From assembly GCA_964016885.1 (NCBI GenBank), contig OZ024755.1, positions 17,856,001-17,920,000 of the forward strand: a DNA stretch of 64,000 nucleotides, given 5' to 3'. The stretch comes from Eledone cirrhosa. Lineage: Eukaryota. The position numbers and the translations under genes were made by a program. Position 1 is the first letter of the stretch. Every line of letters starts with the position of its first letter. This document shows positions 39,901 through 52,105 of the stretch, one piece after another. The notes below the pieces were generated by a model. The model was given only the letters and a program-made list of their open reading frames with translations, searched no databases and had not been told where the DNA came from.

Positions 39901-40678
39901 GTGAAGTAATGTTTTTGACATTAACAATGAGTTAATTGTTATTGTTTGTTGTTTGTGAATATTCCTAAAAATGTCATTTCCTTCAGTTGTGTCTTTATTT
40001 TTATTTTTAAAAGGGTAAAGAGAGAAGAATGCAGATTTCATCCGATGGTGGCATTACTTGGAATGAAGCCCAACTTGAAACCATCACGCATGATCGAGTA
40101 AGTTTGTTTCCATACCTCCATCTCCTCCCCTCCCATTAATAATGTATGGTTTAGTTCAGTTGTCTTTTGTCTTTTTCATACTCTGGCATGAAAACAAATC
40201 TTACTTTATACCCTACGAGGTTTTAACAAGAGTTAAAGGAAGGCCCTAATGAGGAATAAACAGTCCCCTCTCCCTCTCCCTCTCCATCTCCTTCTCCTTC
40301 CAGCTGTCACACCTTGGATATTCTGCTGATTCAACGGAGTGAGGATTGAGAAGCTATCTGGCAGCTCATGACTGCATGGTACATACTACTAGGTCACATT
40401 TACAATGACTGAGAAAGGCATGAGTGTCACAACAGTATTATGTACAGAGCACCAGGCATAGTAACTTACAGTATTAAAATTTGTTCCTATACGAGAGTAG
40501 GCTGACCAAGATACTCTCATAGAATGACCAAATGAGGTTTATTTTTCAACATAATCTCTGGAAAGAAACAATGCAGTTATTAATAAGAGGAGTTGAAATT
40601 AATGCATTCATGATTTCACAGCACTAGCATCACTCCCACGTTCAGTGGGTTTATACACTCTGTTATTATTAGACTAGT

Positions 40679-40711
<33 letters not shown>

Positions 40712-42633
40712 ACGTAAATGTGTGTGTGTATTGAACAATGAAAATAAAACTAAAGTCAAAGATATGTTTTAATTAGTTCATTGTTTTGCGATCATTTCAG
40801 AGGGTTGATTGGGCATTGTAAATCGATATATTGACTAGCAGGTAATGGTTAGGACACTGTCTATTCCTAGTCTCGAAATCCCTGATTTAGTCAAAGCTAT
40901 GGTGAAATCTTCTAATTCAATTTTCAAATACTGCTTGCTGTTTTTCTAAACATACGTTATCTTATATATATATTTTTCAGTTTTTCTCCATTCTGGATAT
41001 GTCTGAAGGATTGATATTCATGCATGTTGATGACCCTGGAGGTAAGCAACAGCAAATTTATTTTGGTTTTTGTATCTTATTTAGATACAACCAAAAAATT
41101 GGAAATGATAATTAGAAGACTTGCCTTGATGATGATTTGTTTTAAATACTACAGGATATTAATTTTATGTTTAAAATACTGTAGTATTTAAAACATTCCA
41201 AACACTAACTAAATGAGCAATCAGTATTGGTGGGTAGAGTGTAGAAATTTATTTTCTAAATAGAAAAGTGACAGTGATTTCGAAGTTTCAGTTTGCTTAC
41301 TTCATCTGCCTGCTAGATGAAGTAATCCAGCTGAAACTCTGAAGTTAGTGCTGCTTTTCTACTTACATATACATATACACACACTCATATGATTAGATAA
41401 AGAAGTGTTGTTTTGGGTTTTGTAATAGACAAAGAATGTTATTGTCAACCGTAACTTTTAAGGCTACTCTTTCTTTCTTTTGTTCAGATACTGGTCATGG
41501 AACATTGTATACATCTGGTCAAGATGGAATCATCTACTCTAAATCTCTGGAACGCCATTTTTATCCCAGCTATTATGAACTTGCTGATTTCTACAAAGTG
41601 AAATCTATTCGTGGAGTCTACCTGGCCAGCCGAATACAGCATGACAAGAGTATTTCAACAGTAATCACCTTTGACCGAGGTGGCATTTGGCAGGAGATTA
41701 AGCCACCTGCAGGTATTCCTTGTCCAAACAACACGGTAAGTTGGAGACGCCTGACATGGATGGGGGGGTTGCCATAGAGAATTTTGTTTGTAACCGCACT
41801 GTGAAGAGGTTTGATGTTTTTTATCCTTCCTAGCATTCATGTGTAGCAACCATCTAAAGCAGAGGTTCTCAAACTTTTTGGGCCACTGTTCCCCTCACGG
41901 CCACATAATACCCTTAGCGCCCCCAACCCTATTTCCAGAGAGGCCTGCCTATACACAAATCATAGATAATATATAAATATAATAAATAATATAATATATA
42001 CTATGTATAATTATATAGTATATACTATGTATAAATAAATATTATATATTTTTTTTATTTTACTATATTTATATATAATATATATATTATTTGATATTTA
42101 ATATACTATTATAGCATCTCTACTGACCCTCCCCACTTCCCCCTTAGGCACCAGTGCCTCCCACCCGGGGGGGGGGGGGGGTTAGCTCCCACTTTGAGAA
42201 CCTCTGAGCTAAAGCATTGGTGATAGGTACTTATAAGTAGAAAAGAAAGGAAGGAAAAAACAGAGTCCTGATGTGCTGATAATCTGTTCTGTTACAGAAA
42301 ACCTGTCATCTCCACATCCACAACGCTTACAGTAAAAAACGACATGTCAATGTTGAAGTACCTCTCAGTACACCAAGTGCTATTGGATTAATTCTTGTAC
42401 ATGGTAAGTTACATCTTTCATCATTATCATCGTCGTCACCATCACCACAACCACCAACAACACTACAACTGTTATCATCACCAGCTTCATCGTCATCATC
42501 ATGATAATAATAATGATAATAATGAAATTATTGTGTACGTACAGTGCTCAGGTGCACTACAACTCATCAAAGGTGCATGTATAGTACATAGAATAATGTA
42601 CAAATGTCAGGAAAATGAACAGGATGAGTCATG

Positions 42634-42666
<33 letters not shown>

Positions 42667-45600
42667 AATATTATCATCATTGTTTATATAGAGAGAGAGT
42701 GTACACACACTATATATATACATAGTATATACCAGGCATTTGAAACATGCAGCCCACGGGCTACATGTGGCCCTTTACAAGCACACCTTCGGTCCACACA
42801 AAGATTTTTACAATGCGAACATGTTTTATCTTCGTAAAATAAGATTTTTTAAAAAATAGTTGTAATGTGCGCTACACATATGTAACCCATGTGGCCCTTG
42901 GGGCACACCTCAGTTTGACATACCTGGTATGTTGCACTATATATACATTGTATATACCACGTATAGACTAGATGTACACTATATGTGATGTTGTTCAAGG
43001 GAAAAGCAATGGTTGATACAGCTTGGCACCAGTGATGTTGCAATTCATTTCTACAGCTGAGTGAACTGGAGTAATATGGAATAAAATGTCTTGCCCAAGG
43101 ACACAATGCATCACACAGTCCAGGAATCAAGCTCACAACTTCATGATCGAAAGCTCTATGTTCTAACCACTAAGCCATGTGCCTTTAGTATTAATACTCT
43201 TTTAAATGGGCTGCCTTCACTATTACTTGCAGGATCTACATCTTTTAGTAATTACTAGCAGTGGTACCCGGCGTTGCACGGGATAAGGTATTTTGGAACG
43301 TTGGCTGCCAACAGACCTAATCGTGGAAAAACTGCATGTCAGGACAATATGTAAAGAAAATAAACTGAATACTCTGATGGCTGGATAATCTTTAAGATTT
43401 TCCTCAATGAAGCTGGAAAAATGCAGGTTTTCACCTAATGCGAGCCCTAGGGGATCAAGAAAATGAATTTTATTTATGTGCATAATATGCCTTGAAATTT
43501 CGGGAAAATTGACTAGACGTAACGCCTCAAAAAAGCCCTAAAAAGCTGAAAAAATGTTTTTCACCTAATGCGGGCCCTAGGCCATAAAAAAGTTGGATTT
43601 TCTTTACTCATGGTATGAAGAAGAGACTGACTAATACATAGTTACAATTTCAAGGAAATCGGTCTGACGTAACGCCTCAAAAAGACCCCTAAAAAGCTGA
43701 AAAACGCAGTTTTTCACCTAATGTGGGCCCTAAGTTGAATTTTTTTATGTGTATAACACTCCCTGAAACATAAGTAATACACATGTAAAGTTTGAAAAAA
43801 ATTGGTTGGGTACTTTAGGGATTCAAACTCACAGACACACACACACACATATCCTCAGTTTTATATATATAGATGATTGAGTTTGTAAACCATGTTATTG
43901 ATTCTGCTTCCTAATTTGAATGTCTTACATTGTTTCCTCTCTATTTCTTAACCCTTTTGTTACCGAACTGCCTGCAATCGCTCTTGGTTTGATTGTACAT
44001 AGTTGTTTATTTGAAAGTGTTTATATTTATACAAAAATCCTCCGTCATGATTTATGTATGAACATGTTCCAAACACTAGCTTCATAAAAATGACAAAGTA
44101 AGATATATTACTAAATGCCTCAAAATTCTTGGTTATCTTCAAAATGATTTGGAAATCATAAGCGATATCTTTCATTTAAAATATGGTAATGAAAAGCTTA
44201 ACCCTTTAGCATTTAAACCGGCCGTATCCGGCCAGAATTCTCTCACCTCTTTCTGTTTGAACCATTCATAACCGGCTGCTAATGTTTATGTTAAGGTATT
44301 GTTTTCAAAATAAATAATATCAAAATCTTGTAGATTCAATATTATGTGAGATAATTATGTGAAATAAAGGGTTAAAACACTAATTTGTTTTTGTTGTTTT
44401 TCAGGTCATGTAGCAAATACATTACAGACCACTGAACCTGATGTTTTTGTCACAAGTGATGGTGGTTATACATGGCGTAAAGTAAGGATATTGATTTTAT
44501 ATTTATTATAATTATGTATTTATATAAGCAGCGGATTGGTAGAATCGTTAGAACATCTGATAGAGGGCTTTGTGATATTTGTTTCCTCACACTGCTCTCT
44601 GAGTTCAAATCCCGCCGAGGTCAACTTTGCCTTTCATCCTTCTGAGGTCAATAAAAAAAAAAAACCTGACTAGTACTGGGGTCAATTCTTCCTCTATATT
44701 TCTTTCTCACTTCCTGTCTCTCACTCAATCCATCTTTCTCTGAAAGAAATCTGCTGCATTCAGACCTGGAGAGAGATGGGCTCTGCTAGGCTTAAGATGC
44801 GCCATATCATGTATTTATATAATTAATATTATATATTATTATATGTGTATATATTTACTTTTAAGAACAATTGCAATATGTATCCAGTTTGGAGTAGATA
44901 AATCATATCCTTTCATGTCGTTAGAAGTGTCTAAAAGGGTTGGCACCAGGAAGGATATTTAACTGTAAAGCAGTGCCTCCAGAAAAGACCCTATGCTGAG
45001 TATGAGGCCTGTCAGCTGTGATTTCCCATTGCCTTCTGGTCGTTTGTATTTGATTTACTCAGTTAACCTATGTAACAAAAGACACTGCTTGGTAGTGACA
45101 TGACTAGTCACCCTTCACACTGTATTGCTTTAATATTTAGTGATAAAAGGGTAAAGATCCCCTTTGGTCATGAATGACCATGGGTTTTGCACCTAGGCAC
45201 CAGTGACATCACATCTCATTTCTACAGCTGTGTGAACTGGAGCAATGTTAAATAAACTGTCTTGTTGATTAATTTCAGGCTCTTGATAAACCGCACCATT
45301 ATCAAATTGCTGATAGCGGGGGCCTATTAGTGGCTGTGCCTTCAGAGAAATACCCAAAATATGTGAAATTCTCAACTGATGAAGGAAATTGTTGGCACGA
45401 CTACAAGTTCACTGATGAGAACATTTCATTTACTGGCCTTCTCACGGAACCTGGTTCTCAGTCCATGTCTGTGAGCATCTGGGGATTCCGACAATCTGAT
45501 AAAAAATGGAAAATCCATATTATTGATTTCAGAAAAGTCATCAAACAGAAATGTGAGTAATATTTTTTGTTGTATAGTGTATTTTGTTTTTAATTGCCTT

Positions 45601-48600
45601 ACTGTTGTTTGTCTGATGTATTTTATTGCCTTACTCTTTGTCTCCAACTGTCTGTATGGAATGTATTAGCAAGATGTGGTCTCATTGATTCATCTGGTCT
45701 CTCTCTGACCATGCCAGCATGGAAGAGGACATAAAATGATGATGTCTATATTCTCTCTAATCTTTCTCTCTCTCACTCATCATAATCATCTACAGCCATC
45801 ACTCACAATCAAGGATGACTTGGTAATGTATATCATGCTTTTGTTAATGGTTGTAAGTGTCCATGCAGTCATGAGCTGACACAAACGCAGACAGAGTCAG
45901 ACACAGACACCTTTGGAGGCCTTTCCAATCACCAGTCACTTCACAAGGATTGAAAAGAATAAACAAATCCTTTTTTATCATTGAATTTTTCCTTGGCAAA
46001 ATTGTAGTGTTATGCTCTTGAGTGTGGGTGTGGACCCATAAATCTTGTTGAAGTCATAGGGGCATCATTCTAACGTACAACATATCTTGAGTGTTGGTTG
46101 TGTGTGTGTGGACATAGAGGCATCATTGTAACGTACAGCATATCTTGGGGGCTTTTGGACCTGGCGCAGTCCATCCCTTTACCGTGTCTGAACTCAGCTG
46201 ATTACTTCCATAGGAAGAGAGAAAGAAACTGAGAAAGAGATATATAGAAGAAGTATCGACCCCCAGTACTGGACTGGTACTTTTTTTTTTATCGACCTTG
46301 AATCGATGAAAAGCAAAGTTGACCTCAACGGGATTGGAACTCAGAGCACAAAGACCCAGAATGAATACCCTAAAGCATTCTATCCATTGTCTGTATGTGT
46401 GCATGAGTCCTTTCCTCTACTTTCCTATACAGCCAGATCTCCCCTTCTATACCCCTTCCTTCCTATTTTCATTACTTAATTTTGTTTTTATCTTTCTTTT
46501 TCATATTTCCATCATTGTATAACTTCTTTTTGTAAAATATAGTTGACATAATAAAGTTATGCGTTTAATTTCAATTATTATGGGAGTTTTTATTCTATTT
46601 AATATCTTTGTTCATTAAAGAAAATATGCTGGCATTAAGTTACTTTCTCCTTTTCCCTATATATCTTATCTCTTCTGTCTTTTACTTAAAGGTCAAGAAT
46701 CAGATTACAAACTTTGGCTTGCTCACAGTACCCGTTGGAAAAACACAAAAGAAAATACAGGATGTTTACTTGGTATAAAGTGCGCATTCTATCGACTCCG
46801 ACCAGAATCTTGGTAAATTTAGATTTCCTTTTAAATAAATATATTTTCTTCTTCGTGAGTTAACTCTTTTGATACCAAACTACATGAAACAACTCCTGGT
46901 TCTTTGATATGCAAGGTTGTTTATATTTATATGAAAACCTTCCATCATAATTCTATGTAAGAACTTTTATTAAATTGTATTTCGAGCAGCAACTCAATAA
47001 TGAAAAAGTTATATTACTAAATCTCTCCAAATTTTTTATGATTTTCATGATTTGAAAATCGTAGGCAGCATGTCAGTCTCCGACAGGTTTGGGGTTGTGC
47101 CCCTAGCAGTTGAGACTTCTGGTGTCCTTAGCCCTAGGGTTAAGCTGGCTAGCCGCAGGTATGAGCCTCGCGAGATGGAATGGCTCTTCCAGCACATCTC
47201 CCTAACCATCCTCCAGGGAAACGCCTTCTCCATTCTGTCCACCGAGGCCGTGGGGTGGCCAGCTCTCTGTTCTCTGAGTTCAAATCCTGCCTAGGTCAAC
47301 TTTGCCCTTCATCCATTCGAGGTCAATAAAAAAAGTACGAGTATAACACTGGGGTCGATTCTTCTTTATAACTCTTTCTCACTTTCTATCCTTTTCTTGA
47401 AGAAATTTGCTTTAATAAGACTTAGCGAAGGATGGGCTCTACCGGATTTAAAATGCCCAAGAAACACTGTCCGTCAATATGGTAGGCCTACAACTCCATC
47501 AAGAGTTACGGAACTATACCATACCCTGCCATTGAAAGGGTTAATGACTATGCCTTAAAAAATAAATGTAATATAAGGAGGGGGCGGTCCTACTTTGTTT
47601 TATTTTGTGAAGAATTGTGTTTAAATGTTCGTTGTTTCTCCTAATTGTTCTTATTTTATATATTTTATATGTCATAGGTGTTACAATGGTGAAAATCACA
47701 TAAACAGGAATGAAACATCAGTTTGTATGTGTACACGGTCAGATTACCAATGGTTAGTAAACATTTCCCCAGGATAATCTCTCTTTTATTATTATTATTA
47801 TTATAAAGTACCAGTCACTCACTGGGGTCGATTTAATCAACTTTCCCCAACTTTCTATGTATTGTATATTAGATAATTATTATAATTATTTATCGTTATC
47901 ATAGGTTAATGCTTGTTGTTATCTTCATTATAATGTATTACACATTCACACATACACAAACATGTGTATTGTGGTAGTTGTGGTGTCGTGATAATATGCA
48001 CCCAGTCCACCTTGTAAGGTGCTGGTGACACAACAAAAAAGCACCCAGTCCATGCTATAAGGTGGTTGTGTTGGTGACACAACAAAAAGCACCGTCAACC
48101 CTGTGAGGTGATTGTGTTGGTGACATGACAAAAAGCACCCAGTCAACCCTGTGAGGGGGTGTACAGGTGACACAATGAAAAACTATCCGGTCCAAATTGT
48201 CAGTTGGTCATTTTGGTGCCACAATAAAAAGCACCCAGTCTCTGTTATAAATGTGGTCAGCCTGAGAAAGAACATCCTGCCATAGAAACCAAGTCAGAAA
48301 CAGTTTTGTATGAGCAAGACGCAGTCACCTGATCTAACTTGTCTCACAACATGAAGACAACTCGTCTAACCCATGCTAGCATGATGGAAAAATGACATTA
48401 AACGGTGATGATGATGATGGCTGAACCATGTATGAACAAGTTTTTCTGAATATTTCCTTTTCTCTTTCTTCTAGTGATTATGGTTATAAAGCCGATGAAA
48501 ACCAGAAATGTCAACGAGGTGTTCCAGTTGGTGGGGAGATAGATATATGTATACGAGGCCATGAAGAGAAGATTGTTAGTGAAGGGTAAGTTGAAATGAA

Positions 48601-51600
48601 AAATTTTATATTTATTTTGAAAATTTAGAAGCTTTCAATGTATTTTTCTTTTACTATGGAAAATAGTCTAACAATTTGTACATAAAAAACCCCATGACGC
48701 AAAAAAAATTTCATGTTGTTCTTCTTCCACTTATTCCTGAGAGGGCCATAGGGGGCAGAGTTCTCAAACATTCCTCCCAGTGGATCCTGTCAGAAGCAAC
48801 CGTCTCTAACTTTCCGGCTGGTGAAGCTCATGGATGTTATCCAACCATCTTGCTCAGGGTCTACCCCCAGGTCTCCTACCTGTTGGTTTTGTCCATAAAA
48901 TCTGTCCAGCGATTCTTTCCTGAGACATTCTAACCACATGTCCATAGTATCAGCTGTACCCGCTCAATTCGGAGAAGTAGCAGCTCTACCTGGAGTGTCT
49001 CTTTGATCTTCAAGCTAAGCACTAGAGTAACGTTACTCTGAAGACTCTTCAGCGGAACCCCATTTCAGCCCCTTGTATGTGTGATCGTATGCTTTATTGA
49101 TTTTGTTACCGTTCTTAATTCAGAAGAAAATTGTTTAAAAAATTGAATGTTTTTCTGTTTACAACGTAAAGTTTATTTTTTTTGTTGATTTTATTTCTTA
49201 CAGATATAGAAAAATTCCTGGTGACAAATGTTTAAATGAAAATCCAAAATCTTTTCGACCAAACACCAAGAAAATAGATTTGGGTGTTCAATGTGCTCTT
49301 AAAATAAAAGTAATTTAGCTAGTTCTTCCATTATCTTTTTTCTCTCTCTCTTTCTCACGCATTTTCTCTGTCACTCCCTTTCTCTCACACATATTGTTTT
49401 CCTTGTCGTTCATAGAAAATGTAAGAAACTTGGATGCAGAAATAACTGTAAATACAGTCAGCTGTATAGATAATAGCTTAGAAAATTATGTAAAATACCC
49501 CTATGGACAGAAAAAAGTGGCCAGTAGCCACTACGAAGATACTGACTGTATTTACAGTTATTTATGCTTCTGGGATTATTTGGCACTTATTTACCCAGCG
49601 ATCATCGTCAATGTGCATCACATGTCCATACCAACGTAGTCTCCTCTCCTCTCCTTCCTGCACATTACTTCTGATTCCTCTTTTACCCAGTTTCTCCTCC
49701 AGTTCATCCATACTTTGTTGTTCTCACGCATTAACATTGCACATCCATAAAAGCATGCTTGCCACGTTGAAATAACATATTGTTTGTTTTATCTAATTTC
49801 AGAAACCGTTCATACCAGCGTCAGTAGCTAGCTTTGTTGTAGCTATCATTGCTGTGATCATCCTTATTTTAGTTCTGACTATGTCAGCATTTCTCATACA
49901 CAAGTTATGCCTTTTACGCAGACAGTAAGTCTTACTTTCTTTATCAATACATAAATAAGACTTATTGCTTCACTCAGTCCACAAAACACTGCAAATACTC
50001 CACCTAAACCAAACCCCAATCTGCACTCATGATCAGGAACATCAAAATCCTTTGAAAAATGAGCTCTCGCTTTTACCCATTCTTATCACTAAACCACGTG
50101 CCTTCAATCCTAGTATTTACAAGTCATAATAGACAACATATCAGCATAAATTATTTTATTGACCGAATATTAATCTTTAATATGTTGTACAGTCGAGTCT
50201 GCTTAAGAGTATACCCTCGGGAATGGAAAATAGTATACTCTTAACCGGACTATACTCTTATCCGGACTAAGTAAAAATATTCCATCGCGGTGGATTGGCA
50301 GTATCGGTAGAGGGTCGGACACCATGCTTTGCAGTATAGTTACGTCCCTTTATGGTCTGAGTTCAAATCCCGCCGAGGTTAACTTTGCCTTTCATCCTTA
50401 CGGGGTCGATAAAATAAAGTACCAGTAATACACTGGTATAATTGCTGACCTTGTGCCAAAAGTAGAAACAATTATTATTTTGAGTCTTTCAATGATTAAA
50501 AATCGCTTTATTATCATTTAAAATGCATTTATAAGTAAAAATAAATGAAAGTTACACCAAAAAATTTGTAGTGACCTACATTCCGCGGGCTCACATACAT
50601 TCTCTGTGCGTGATTTGGCTCAGCTTATCCAATCAGCGCCAGTAGAAGAGGATGTATCCCTACGCGTTCTGAGGGAGAAATAGCCCGCAAAGATTTGAGG
50701 ACGCTATCACTTGCAGCTGGACCATGCTAAAGTAAACACCGCTTGTTCTTTTGCTCCGTAAGCACAAACAATATGTAACGACAAAACATTACCTACGAGC
50801 CTGGCCAAACGCCTTCAGCCAGTCGTCCGTATTTTCTCTTGTAATCTTAATTGAATTATTTCATTTCTCTTGGCATGCCAGCTTAATTCACTTCTCAACC
50901 GTTGTTAATAAATAATGTAAAAACAAGCTAAAGTCGTTGGCGATATTCCTATCATATCTTTCTACCAAACCTGGTTCCTCATGGCGACATTACAACTCTC
51001 TAAATATACTATTCCCTACCTCGTTGGTGACAACATCTTCAGCCAAATTGGCGACCCTCAACGATTAAGTATGAAAACGCAGCCTATTTGAATTCGCCAT
51101 TCGTTTTAATGGCTATGTGGAGTGGCTTAACATTTGGAGTGTTCGAATCGGGTAACAAGACTCACTTAGCGTAAGTCCATAAAATTCATAATATTCCATT
51201 TGTTGAAGCACGCGGCCTGCACAATATTTCTGTCATAACTTTCATAGTAACACTAGTAACTCACGCATACAGACGAACACAAAAATACAACACAAAAAAA
51301 AAAGAATTTCTCTGGATATAGAATTTTGTATAATTTTCAAAATTTTCAAACGATTGCATCATAGAGTCAATAAAGCATTTATTCCTTCTTTTCCAGAGAT
51401 CTAAAATATTGATAAATGATTAACCCTTTAGCATTCAAACCGACAAGATTATGTCCCCTTTCATTTATTCAAACCGACATTTAATACCACACGGAGATCT
51501 CCTTCTAAAAATAAACATTGGACTCAACTGTATATAAATTTATCTTTTCAGTAAAGTCGTCTACAGATACTCATTATTAAACCAGACTGAAGATGAGTTT

Positions 51601-52051
51601 GAATCACAAGTAGAGTCTGCTCTGTCAGCACAGAAGCTTTCTTTTGGTGACTATTCAGATGATGAGGTGAGGTTTCACGGATTAGTTTTGTTTTTGTATT
51701 TATAATCTTACTTTTATGCATTACCTAAACTATCAGGTGTCAACTTTTTCATCATTTTGAGGTCGATAAAAAAAATACTAATTTAGTACTAAGATCGATT
51801 CTTCCTCTCTATCTCTTTCTCACATCTTTTCTCTCTCACTTCCTATCCTTCTCTGAAAGAAATCTTCTGTATTCAAACCTGGAGAGGTGATAGGTGCCGC
51901 CTTCCTTTTACACACATACATTTACGCAGGCAGCAGATGTGAAGAGAGAGGAGTAGTATGAGGTAGTCAAACTACTCTCTCTCTCTTTCTGTGTTGTGAC
52001 AGAATCGCAGAAATTCACTTGTGGTTACCTCCGATTTCACTTGTGATATGC

Positions 52052-52105
<54 letters not shown>

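Noticed and set aside
42421-42520. His-rich ORF (42395-42634)
   Set aside because: (CAT/CAC)n microsatellite just after the exon-12 donor; intronic.
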